Under the pieces are notes generated by a model. The model ran no database searches, was not told where the DNA came from, and worked only from the letters and a program-made list of their open reading frames with translations. 64,000 bases of DNA from positions 55,180,001-55,244,000 of the forward strand of contig CM060733.1 in the NCBI GenBank assembly GCA_030704615.1, given 5' to 3'. The position numbers and the translations under genes are program-made. The DNA is from Takakia lepidozioides. Its lineage: Eukaryota; Plantae; Bryophyta. Positions 37,856 to 49,589 of this stretch are shown one piece after another; position 1 is the first letter of the stretch, and every line of letters starts with the position of its first letter.

Positions 37856-38049
37856 TGTCGCTGGGAATTGGCATGAGCGGAAGACGAAATATCATGAGCA
37901 CAACTGTCAAAAGTGCAATTTTCCCTTCAAGGGGCCGAATAATATATTTGTTTTCCTGACACATTGCATTTAAATTATTGTTTTTTATTGTTTTTTATTT
38001 TCGAAATTTGTACTTCTGCTCATGAAAACCGATTGTGTGTTACTACTCT

Positions 38050-41000
38050 GCTCATGCCGCTCATGCCGCTCATGCTCATGAAATAGTGCTCCTCATCCAG
38101 TCCTCCTTTCCAGTCATACTCTCTGACTCCTCGAGGTCTTCTTGTAGCAGGTAATCTACTAGATTTCTTTGTGGTAATTTGTATCTCGTGTATCCCATTA
38201 TGCACGGTTAGTAACTGCAGAATTCCAGTCATGGAATACCCTGGCCTGTTTCAGCCACGGACGTCCCAATATAAAGAGTAAGCCTCCATGAACTTCATCC
38301 ATTTTTAACACGTTACTGTGATCATAAGATCATTTTCTGTATCTGTATCTTAACTCCTCTTATTAATCCCAATGGCTGTACACTTCTTTGATCTGCCATT
38401 GTTACTGTAAATGGGGTTGGTTTTCATGTTACTTAGACCAAGCTTCTTCCTTAATTGGTCTGTCATGATATTTACTCCAACCACCATCTATCAGTACATC
38501 AGTTAGTTCTGTGCTTCCAATTCTCAATTGGATTACTGGCATAGAATCATCAAAGTCCATGACTGTTTCTCGCCCTTCCGGCTTCACATTATAACTGGTC
38601 ACTTGCTGTTCAGGTCTGTGTTTTCCTGTCTCTTGGGCAATTTGATTGATTGCTTGATACAGCCTGTGCCTACAATAAGGTGCCACAGCTAATAGCTGTC
38701 CAATGGTAATTTCTGCTTTGGTCTGACATATTACTTCAGCCAAAGTCTCCTCATTACTTTGCATGTCTGCATCTTCTTTTTTCCTTTCTTCTCACTCCCT
38801 TCTTCATCCGAATCAGAGGAATCTGCCACAAGAATATCAGTACTATTTTTGCATTTCCCTTATAGTATCTGCCACTTCCTTGTGCAGTTCCTTCTCATCT
38901 TCCAAGTCTCTTCATCTTCAGGCATATCATTGCACTTCATTCTCATCTTCTTCCTCTTCTACTGGAGGTATTAGTTTGGCTTTACTTCTTGTACTATCAT
39001 TGTACTTACTTCTGGTACAACACATGGCCTAACCATGTGAGCTGCCACCACTGGGCCCTCATTCACAGGAGCTCTCATCTCATTCTGGTGTCTTATCCAG
39101 AATGAACAGGCTGCCTTGCGATGTCCTGGCTGATTACAATAGTAACATAGCTCTTCACCATTGGGTCCTCGCCTTGGTCTGTTCTTGGATTATTTCTATA
39201 ATCCTGATTCCGGGCTGGTAATATTACCCAATATACCCCTCTGGAATTTCTTGTAATTCCCTCTTGAATTACCTCTCCCTTCCATGCCATTGTTATAACC
39301 ACCAGACCTACCATAGTGTCCTGATCATTGTTTCTTCTTGGCTGGGCTGCACCTGATGCACCCTTACTTGCCTAGGTTCTCTTGCAGCTGTCCTTCTGTT
39401 GTAGTAACAATTCTCAGTAGAATGGTTATCCATTTTACAGATAGTACAGTGTTTCTTCATGTGGCATTCTGTGGTGGTATGGCCTTCATTCTGGCACTTT
39501 GCACACCATACACCTTCCTCCAATGTGTTGCAGCCTCTGTGGCATACTTCTTCAAGATTTCTTCCAATTTTTTTTCATAGTTATCCCTCTTCAACTTCTC
39601 CTTTCTCTTACTCTTTCTTTTTAGTTCTTGCTCTTCTTCTTCATCTGACTCATCCTCAGAGTCCTCATCTTCTTTTTTTCTCTCTCCTGAGCATTCCCAA
39701 TTGCTCAATTCTGTTCGCAGTTTCAAATGCCCCTCCACTGTATTATGGGGTAACATATCCACTTTCTTTTGCAACTCTGGTCTTAGTCCACTCACAAACC
39801 AAGTCTTCTGTAACCCGGGTGCTGGTACTGCAGCCAGCTTTTTCATCATCAATTCCATCTTCTCCATATACTCTTCAACAGTTTCATGCTTCTTCTGCTT
39901 CAGCTGTTGTAAACTTCCATACACTTCATCCTCAGTTTTACTTGTCCTGAACCTATTTCGAAATGCTGTATTCAAGCCATTCCAGGTTAGGAAATGATTA
40001 TCAGGGAATCTTGCATACCATTCACTTGCTTTCTTGATAAGTGAACAAGGAAACAGTCTCATCTTGGCATCATCGCCATTCTCATTGTTCACTATACACA
40101 TGTGCTCAAATTGGCTAATGTGTACATCGGGATCCCCTTTTCCTGAATATATTGGAAAGGGTGGTTTTGCCCGTGTTGGTTGTAACGCCATCTGTGGCCC
40201 TACCTTCTGCCCACTGACAGGTGCTGGCACCCTTGCTGGTGCTGGTCCTTCTGGACCTGTTGTTTTTGGTGGATCTTCCACCAAGTGGTGGCCCTTGAGC
40301 ACTCCTGCTTCTGGCCCCACGATATTCACAGTATTCCCAGCTTCAGTTGCACTACTTCCCACACTCCCTGTCCCCCCAGAGCCAGATCCAGGCAGCCCGC
40401 CTGATCCCCTGAGCCGACACCTTCGTTGGCCTGTGATCCAAGTGCTCCACTTGATCCAGGTCCAACGGGTTGGGATGTCCTGGTTGTAGTCTCAACCTCA
40501 GCTGTTGGGTCTACTTCTTCATATTCTTCCTCTTCTAATTTCTTCTCTCTGTTTTCATCCTCCAAGTTCTGCCCTTGGGTTTCTTCTTCACTCATGTAAC
40601 TCAACTGTAATGGTGTTGGAGAGTCTGAACTCTCCGTTGGCTCTGCCACATCCTCTTCTCCTTCTTCACCTTCTGCTTCAGAAACTGGAGTTCCTGCTTT
40701 TGGTGTTCCATGCCAACTCTTATCAAAGATTTCTGTCAAGTCTTTTATCCAAGGATGTACCTCAGATCTTTCACCTCGTGATTGATCTTCTTCCTGTACC
40801 AATTCCCTTAATCTTTCTTGCAAAGAAACAGAAGGAGTGGCATCCAACTCTAGTTTCCGGTATAGGTGATGCACTCTTTGATCTTAATGGTGTGAGAGGT
40901 CCAGATGATTCCCCTATGTCTATTCCTCTCTCCCAAAGATATGGATAATTAGTTTTCAGATAGCTTTCTCTTTTTGCTGAATATCTCTATCGTCTAGCTT

Positions 41001-42608
41001 CTCTTTCATCACTCATGTCCCATGTCTTTCATTTCTTTTAATGTGGCAATAACCAAAACTCTCTTCTGTAATATCTCTCGTATATGCCTGGGTTTCTTTC
41101 AAGCTTCAATGCACCCTTGGCTATACTTGAAGTCTCCGTTACCATATAACCATATGGCAAACAAGTCTGAAAAGCTGTTCTTGGTGTGAGTTTGATCCAC
41201 AAAATATCCTTTGGAATCCAATTCTTTACCAGTACAAGCTCTTCATGCATATGAGTATAAACATTCACCTTTCTTTCTTCCCAGCCTTCAAACTCTACTC
41301 GTTTAATGGATAGCAATGCTATCACATAAACCAATGTTGGTAACCAACGTGCTCTTCCTCTACAGGCTACCTGATAAATCTTTATCACTCCTTTCTCCAG
41401 ACCCCATTCTGGATCAGCATCATGCACTCGTTTAAGAATATTTTCTTTACAACCGTCTGGCAATTCCAAGAACCTTTGAAAGAATTGTTTGGACAATCTT
41501 TCTTCCTTCGTTCCACAGGGAATTTGATTCACTTCAATTCTTTAATGGTCCAACCACCATGATCCCACCAGATGCTTGTCACATCTGGTTGTTCATGTCT
41601 CAGGTCCCCAGTATGGTCGCCAAATGTCGCGCGGCTTTTACTCACCCATCCCTTCGCTATTCGAGGCGGAAACTCCAAGATAGAAGAGTTGGAAATCTCT
41701 AAGTACTCAGCCCGCGCAGAACAATCAGTCATGACCTACAGCTAGTGTATCATGGGGGTGTTTCCTATTTGTTTCCCTTTTGGTATTCATTTAGCTATCT
41801 TACCATTGATAATTAAGTATCAGTTTGCTTTATCAATCTATTGGATTCCATCAGCTCATCCATTCATTCACAGCTTCACTCAGATCTCTCTACACGTGTG
41901 ATTGTATCGTAAAAGTATCCGATTATGATTTATCAGGTATCAGGCCGAAGCCATTGTGTCTCTAATCTGCTCTATAATATCATTATAGCCTTGCATATCA
42001 AGCATCTACTCATCATCTCTCTATCTTCACTTCCGTTCTTCATCTCTGCCCGATCCCCTCTCCTTCATGACCAAGAAATCCTTCTCCGAATGATCTCCCT
42101 CAATTCACCGTTTCTTCCCTTTATCTTCCTATCCGTGGTTCTAACCATTTCCCTCACTAACCGTCGTCTGTGAACTAACATGTTTCCCACAGTCGTTCCC
42201 TGTCCTGCTCTCCGTTCCCTATGATCGTGACAGCTGTGTCAAGCTGTGACTGGCTGTGTGAAATTGTGACGGGCTGTGACTGGCTGTGCGACTGTGTTTG
42301 GCTGTGTCGGGCTGTGACTGGCTGTGTGGCTGTGTTGGCTGTGTCGGGCTGTGTCGGCTGTGACGACTGTGACGGGCTGTGTCGGCTGTGTCTGCTGTGA
42401 CGACTGTAACGGGCTGTGATGACTGTGACGGGCTGTGTTGGCTGTGTCGGCTGTGACTACTGTGACGGGCTGTGTAACCCCCCTCTACAGTGCGCTGCTG
42501 TCACCCCTAAGGCTCCTGTTGGTCTCAGTGTTGGTCTCAGTCTGTGCAAAAATTAAGGGTACCCTACAGATCCCGTATAAGTGTCTAAGTCCCCGACAGT
42601 CCTCTAAT
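38050..42608 (-). mobile_element. 3'-truncated Ty3/gypsy LTR retrotransposon: 5' LTR, extra upstream ORF, Gag with three CCHC knuckles, protease
   Basis: PFPIYSGKGDPDVHISQF Gag; CAKCQNEGH, CTICKMDNH and CYYCNQPGH knuckles; VLIDGG protease. LTR start (about 42608) matches 48620 in inverse orientation. Confidence 0.88.
42225..42480. repeat. (GGCTGTGAC/GGCTGTGT)n minisatellite in the LTR; mirror copies at 48770-49030 and a similar tract at 50270-50560
   Basis: Directly visible 9-10-bp periodicity. Confidence 0.9.
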
Positions 42609-43788
42609 AGACATGCACGGCGGAAGTCTGCACCCAACTCCGTAATCAGCCACACTGAGAGACACCAATGTGAAAAACTGACTTCAAAGACAAGAAGCCA
42701 CAAGAAGCCGTATTGTCTTTGGATGAAAAGCAAACCCTGTACAAAATCTGAAGCCATCCATTATGGAAAGACGGTGACGGCCCCACGAGTCCAATAAAAA
42801 GGAAACCCCGAATCAAATTTGCTGCACTGCGCCAGAAGAGCACAGCACAAACAATGACACTCAGGGGGACACTTCGCACGAGGTGCGCAACACATTACAA
42901 TCACCGACACCAAGCTTTATATCGAAATCATTGTATTGCGTTGGCATCGGCGAAATATAAATCGCAAAATAGGCAGTACAACATATGTGGATGCTTATGT
43001 GAAGCATCACAATTATTGCCAATGTGAGTCCTGTTCAAAATTCGACTTGCGACAAATTTTTACGGCACTTCTCGATTTCCATGAATGCAAACAGCCATTC
43101 GTATATTGGCAGCCGGTGAAGTACATCTGACACATGCCACATCTTGACGGAACGACAATTAAAGTGCCACCACTAAGTTTTTTGGGTGATTGAGAAGCGG
43201 AGAAATGGATGAATTCCGCTCGCACATAATCATGACACCCGCATCCAAATATGGGCAACAATGTCCAAATTGTATTTTCGATACATGCCAAAGCAACTAT
43301 TGTTCCAAACGTCAAACTGGAGAGCTCTAGAGGCAGTGTAGGGAGCGTTTGTTTCCATGGGAGGAAGAAGAGAAGGAAGTCATTGTACTTTACTAGCACT
43401 AGGGACAGGAAGAGAGCCAGAGATAGAATGAGATTGGAAAGAGTAGATGAAGAGGGAAAGGAGGAAGAAGAGGGCAATGAGAAAAGATTGGCGATGTAGG
43501 AGCAGGATTTTGAAGAGGAACAACAGCCCCCCATCCTGTCGAGAACGGGTGAAGAGAAGACTGCATCCGAGGGAGAGACGGACGCTGAAGAGGATATTTA
43601 TGCCGGCCTCATGAAGAAACAGATTGTGGAAAAGAGGATGGAGGTGATGCTCCATAACATGCTCGGCGTAGACAGCAGTCCCAAGCGCAAAGGGTCTCTT
43701 GCGATTGGAGAGACTTCCAACGCAGCATAGAGAAAGGTACAAGAGTTGTTCACTGTGACCTTTTCTTTTGCTTCATGTTATGCTGGCA

Positions 43789-46700
43789 CAGTGTGCGGTG
43801 CCGCACACTCTGTACGCTCCCTGTGTAGGATTAATTTGGGCTTGCCTTAGTTGTTATCAAGATGTTGCGGAGTCAGAAATCAGGTGAATGAGTAATTTTC
43901 ATATCTCAAATGAAGAGGAGGTGAAGGTGCAATACTATGAACAACCATAACCCTGTGTTGTGAAGTGGCAGAACAGTGTGCAGCACCGCACACTATTTAT
44001 GCTTCCAACAACACCCTGATTTTGTAAACCCAGCAAGCCACTTTTTGGAACGGTAGGAACATTGTGCGATGCCGCACAGGGTTAGTGCAGCCATCTCATC
44101 ACTGCGAAAATGTATCCCCTTCAATCATGGAAAACAAGTTCTGGTTCCCGCACACTCATTCTGCCACTTTCCATGGTAGGGTTATGTTAAGGGTACAGTT
44201 GTTTAGGGTTTGCTGGTTGTGAGATGTAGCTATCCACATCTACTCCCCCAAACTTCAAACATAGCCAAATGGAAGTTTTCTATTTTCTATTTTTTCTGTC
44301 AAAATGTACCCCTCCAGGAGTGTATTTCAGGCATCAATCACACCTAAGTTGAAGCACCAAATAGTGTGCGGCACCGCACATTGTTTGTGCCCCCCCGATT
44401 CAGACGTATCTATTTGAACTATAGCCCCCATATCTTTTGTTTGATCCAGCGACCTCTTTCTACAGGGCTTTAATAATATGGCAATGCTAGCTGGAAATAG
44501 TGTGCGGCACCGCACACTGTTCCAACCCGTCATCATTGGTCTTTAAGTCCTTGAAATGCATGCACTTAGCACATTCTATCAGGCTACAGTCACACTGAAA
44601 TGTCAGCACTGTTTGTGCACCTCTTCAATTCATGAAAAAAACCAGAATGGAGCACGAAACAGTGTGCGGCACCGCACACTGCTTTGCTCCCCTTAAACAA
44701 TCGTATTCGTTTGAACTTAGGCCCCAGCTCCTCTGTTTCAGTCCAGTCACCTCTCTTTATCCCCCTTGAGTCATATTGAAATGCATGATGGAAACAGGGC
44801 TTGAACAATATCAAAATGCACGCTTGGAATAGTATGCGGCACCGCACACTGTATGAGCCCGACATCAATGTTCTTCTTTCCTTTCAAATGTAGGCACTTA
44901 GTACACTCTTCCAGTTTTCATTCACATTGAAATGTTTGCACGGAACAGCTTTTTCCTTTCGTCTCTTTCGTTTCTTTCGTACCTCTTCTGCATTTAGTTT
45001 AAGGCCTGCATCAAGCCAAAATGGAACCACAATACAGTGTGCGGCACCGCACACTGTTTATGCCCCCCTGAAACAATCATTTTATGTTTGAATTGTAATC
45101 CCCGGGTCCTCCTTTGGAGTTCACTCAGCTTTGTGTATCCACCTTGAATCATATTGAAATGCATGCTCCAAACAGTGCGCGGCACCGTACACTGTTTGAG
45201 CCCCTCTTAAATGTAAATTTTCTGTTTGAAATGTGAGCACTCAACACATTCTTGCATGCGTAACTAATACTTGAATGACAGCACAAAACAATGTGCGGCA
45301 CCGCACACTGTTTGTGCCCCCCAGGAACGCTCTCTTTTGGTTGAACATGTGTCCCTTACGGTGTGTAAAACAGCCTAGAATTAGAGGAAAATGGCAGCAC
45401 AAAACAGTGTGCGGCACTGCACACTGTTTGTGCCCCCCAGGAACAATCTCTTTTGGTTGAGAATGTGTCCCTTCTGCTATGTGAATTTGTCTAGAAACAG
45501 GCAAAATGGCATCATGAAACAGTGTGTGGCACAGTACACTGTTTGAGATCCCCTGGAACGATCTCTTTTGGTTGAAAATGTATCTCTTCTGGTGTGTGAA
45601 GTAGGCTACAATCAGGGCAAAATGGCAGCACGAAACAGTGTGCGGTGCCGCACATTGTTTGTGTTCCCCTGGAACGATCTCTTTTGATTGAAATATGTGC
45701 CTCTTCTGCTCTGTGAAGATGTCTAGAATCGGGGCAAAATGGCATCACGAAACAGTGTGCGGCACCGCACACTGTTTGAGATCCCCTGGAACGATCTCTT
45801 TTGGTTGAAAATGTATCCCTTCTGGTGTGTGAAGCAGGCTACAATCAGAGCAAAATGGCAACACGAAACAGTGTGCGGCACCGCACACTGTTTCTGCCCC
45901 CCTGGAACTCGCTCTTTTGGTTGGAACTGTACCTCTTCATGTGTTTTTTCCAAGATTGAAATGGCAGCTTCTAACAGGAGAGCTCATATTCTGTCAGATA
46001 CCAACGCAATTCCATCAGTGACGAAGGTCAACGAAGGTGAACAAGAACATTTCAATCTGCCCAATGAACCTGCCCGGAAAAAAATAAATTTTAGAGTTTG
46101 AAATTGAATAAAAGATCACATTCCAAAAAGCGAAAAGTACCTTATACAAGGATAGAAGAGCTACCTTCGTTCAACTTAGGTCCAACAAATTTATATATTT
46201 TTCACCAGCATCATTGGACATTTCCATAGCATACGTTAATCCAAGCTAGAGATTAAAACGGCTAAAAAACATGCAGAATTCTTCCACGTTCGTGCAGAAT
46301 TCTTTCCACATTAGAAGTCCATATCTCATGTTGGTTTTTATTTTTATTTTTTTCCCCAACATCCATTTATTTCGTTTTTACCTTTATGTTCTCCCGCTCA
46401 GCCTCCACCTTCGGCAGCCAAAGGTGCACGTCAATACAATGTTGGTTTTATTTTTATTTTTATTTTATTTTCGACATCCGTTCATTTCGTTTTTACCTAT
46501 ATGTTCTACCGCTCAGCCTCCACCTTCGGCAGCCAAAGGTGGCATGTCAGTACAATCCCGTGTCATTTTTCATTAATGTTTCTCACAAATCCAAGCATAC
46601 AATTACGGGCAGCCCGAGAAAAAATATTATATTGCCATGTGGCCGCCGTTTGCGCATCCACGTCACACTGATGGCTGATGACTGATGGCTGATAGCTGAT

Positions 46701-47211
46701 AGAATAGCAAACCCCCTTCTAACAATATGCGGCAACGCACACTGTTTCAGCCCCTTCGTATTTTAGTCACCCAACTTTGTCTGTCAGGCTTCAATCAACC
46801 TGAAAGGAATCAAGAGTCACTTTGGGGTACGGTTTCGTTTTTGAAACCCCTGTCAAATGTTCTTTTTTTGTTTGGAATAAACCCATTCAGTTGTCTCTCT
46901 TGCTTTAAACAGAGATAAATGAAAGCAAGAAACAATGTGGGGCACCGCACACTGTTTCTGGCCCCTCTCTTCGTTTGGGGGTTTTCATGTGAGAAGTGTG
47001 CACCAAGCCCTGTTCCTCAAAGTTCCATGAAGGTGAAATGGCAGCATGAAACAGTGTGCGGTGCCGCACACTGTTTGTGCCCCTGTACTATGATATGTTT
47101 TGATGTAATATGAAGCCCTATAAGAATGTACTTGCACATTTGAAACTTTGTGAAAACACAAAAAAAAAATTGAGTTTGAAGCTCGGTACAGTGTGCGGCA
47201 CCACACATTAT
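43789..47211. repeat. Element C array: about 19 copies of the 24-bp palindrome ACAGTGTGCGG(CA/TG)CCGCACACTGT
   Basis: Copies near 43789, 43974, 44061, 44361, 44497, 44659, 44829, 45034, 45172, 45288, 45404, 45519, 45635, 45752, 45868, 46721, 46932, 47051 and 47188. Period is about 116 bp in 45172-45868. Confidence 0.95.
45987..46705. mobile_element. Possible MITE-like insertion interrupting the array
   Basis: AT-rich and free of the palindrome. Imperfect inverted ends TATTCT(G/A)TCAG...CCATCAGTG. Internal ~115-bp direct duplication (46330-46555). Confidence 0.4.
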
Positions 47212-49229
47212 TTCTGGCCCCTCTCTTATGTCCATTTGAATGTGTATCCCTGCAGGAGAAGATTCAAAGAGTGGAGGATGAGAACCCTTCAGTGCAGGAA
47301 AATGAGAACATTGTTGATGTGGACGATGAGTTCTATGAAAGCAAAGCTGCGGAGATGTTGGGGGGTCAGAAGGTTAATTCGCAGCTTGTGGTGCAAAGTA
47401 TGCTTACACCGGGTGGGAGGTTGAAGATTCCCCTGTGTAGGTTGGTTTCCATGCCCGTCGTTTGTCCACCCCTCATCAAGGACATCCAGAAGCTGGAGGC
47501 CGAGTTTGTTCATGGGTATTTGGATGGATCCGCAGTTTTTTTACGTTTCTACTAGGGATTCCAGAGGTAATGAGCTTCTTGTGGATGAGTCAATCATGGA
47601 CTCTTGGGATCCCATTTGGAGACAAGTGAATGACTCCTTTGAACTTCTTCTCTCCAGGAAACCTTCAACGCAAACATTCTCAAGGAAGATGTTTCACATA
47701 TGGGATGGCAACCACCGGTTGCTTGCATGGATGGTTGTCCTTGGGAGGCTGCACTCATAGGAGGAAGAGTAGCATTACTATGTTCGAACGATGATGTTGG
47801 ATTGTGACGGGAATGTGATGGGGCTTCTGACGGCAATGAATGATGTGAACAGGTTGGTTTCTCATTGTACATGTTCCGGTTGTGGTTCCGTGGTTCTTTG
47901 CTTCCAAGCCTCTATTGTCGGTTCTTGAATTTCATTTTGACTTTCGCACATCAATTTGCAGAGGGACGGAGACATCGCATGTGAAAATGAGTTTGGTTCA
48001 CACTTTGTACAGGATACAGAGGATCGGGCAAATGCCTTTGAGCAACTTCAAGACCATCCTATCAGCAGAGACGTACAGGAAGTGCGAGAGTTCCAAGACA
48101 TCAGAAACAGGGTACTCGTTGACCCAGGAGGCTTTCATGGAGTATATGTAAGCGGTGAGATACATCTTCCATCATCTGGCCTTTGGGTATTCCTACTTCG
48201 AGATCTTTGTTTCTGTTTATTTCCCTTGCCCTTGTGTTAATGCATTTGTCGTGCATTCTCTTGCAGCAATACATTGTGGATGCAGGATAGCGTGGCAAAT
48301 TGGAATACTACAGCTCTACCCCTGAAGAGAGAAGGACAACAAAGGGGGTTGAGAGTCACATCAAGCAAGAGATGACCACCACAAGAAAAAATATTATGAG
48401 TGCTTTTGTGAAGCAGTTGAGAATTGCAGACCCCTCCTTCGGACCAGAGTTCCTTCAAGAGGTGAAAAACCATTTCAACAAGCCAGGAAAGCCTGAGATG
48501 GCCCAGGAGAAGTTGCACAGGTTGTCTACCGCCGTTGTGTCTCAGAACAAAAGGTGAAGTGGCTGCAAATATGGAACTCTGCTCCCACTGTTAGGGACAC
48601 CCATATATTCCCCAGGCCATGTTAGAGGGCTGTCTGGGACTTAGACAGTTTTACGGGTTCTGTGGGGTACCCTTAATTTTGCGCAGACTTACGGATGGTA
48701 GGCTCAGCCCAACATAGGTCTTAGGGGTGACAGACACAGGTCTTAGGGGTGGTAGGCAGGCTCACATAGTCAGTCACAGGCTTACACAGGCTTACACAGC
48801 CTGACACAGCTTGTCATAGCCTTACAAAGTCTATCACAGCCTAGCCTATCACAGTCTATCATAGCCCGATACAGCTTCACACATCCAGTCACAGCCCGAC
48901 ACAGTTTTACACAGCCAGTCACAACCCGACACAGTCCGACACAGCCAGTCACAACCCGACACAATCCGACACAGCCAGTCACAGCTCGACACAGTCACAG
49001 TCTGACACAGCTTGGCGCAGCCCGTCACAGCGTTAGTTAGTTAGGCGGTTAGAACAGTTTGCAGGTAGAATAGGCAGAGTAGCAACATGGAGGGGATCAC
49101 TTCTTGGAGCATTTTGGGGGATCACTGGGAAGATCAGGTGGAGAGTACGATCATGGAGCATAGACTATATGAGTCATTTTGTGATCACTCAACGAGTGGT
49201 TTCGGAAGTCATTGAATTTTTCACTCCAT

Positions 49230-49579
49230 CCATTTCGTAGCACTGACACACGACATGTGTCCATGCTAAGAGGGTCGCCACATATCGACATAATCTCCAA
49301 TATCATCCACGGACCACCGGGTTACACGTGTCCACTGCAAAATGGAAGTCATTACTTTACCACTATGACACGTCAGTTTACCACTGTGACACGTCATAAG
49401 TGGTTAGTTTACCTCTGTAACACGTCAGCTAACAGGTGGACCCAGACGTGAGTGGTTCAAACCACTGTCCTTATACCGTTGTCCGTCTTATCACACTGGT
49501 GGGGGAGAGTGGTTTAGTGTCTTTTACCAATCATAATGAGTGGTTAATAGAGTGGTTATTCCACGTTTTTCTTCTAGTG
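49230..49579. mobile_element. CACTA/EnSpm-like terminal fragment
   Basis: Ends ...TTTTTCTTCTAGTG, reverse complement CACTAGAAGAAAAA, with ACCACT/AGTGGT subterminal repeats. Confidence 0.55.
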
Positions 49580-49589
49580 CGGGTAGAGA

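Larger units (their letters stand above)
43290..48557 (+). pseudogene. Element C: ParB/Srx-domain gene, 3'-truncated by an LTR insertion
   Basis: Exon 1 runs about 43290-43736 and a long intron follows to 47255. Then LKIPLCRLVSMPVVCP...GYLDGSAVFYVS...KMFHIWDGNHRLLAW (47701-47718). Further exons at 47962-48147 and 48286-48553 are collinear with element B exons 2-3. Confidence 0.8.

Noticed and set aside
25081-38049. GAGTGGTGAC / GTTACTACTC as TIRs of element B
   Set aside because: Only an 8/10 match with no TSD. The true termini of A, B and C remain undefined.
43789-47211. CRISPR-like appearance (palindromic repeat plus spacers)
   Set aside because: Spacers are about 90-180 bp and partly homologous to one another, there are no cas genes, and the context is a eukaryotic intron.
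44327-47235. Short ORFs with repeated QCAVPHTV / SVRCRTL peptides
   Set aside because: These are translations of the 24-bp palindrome.
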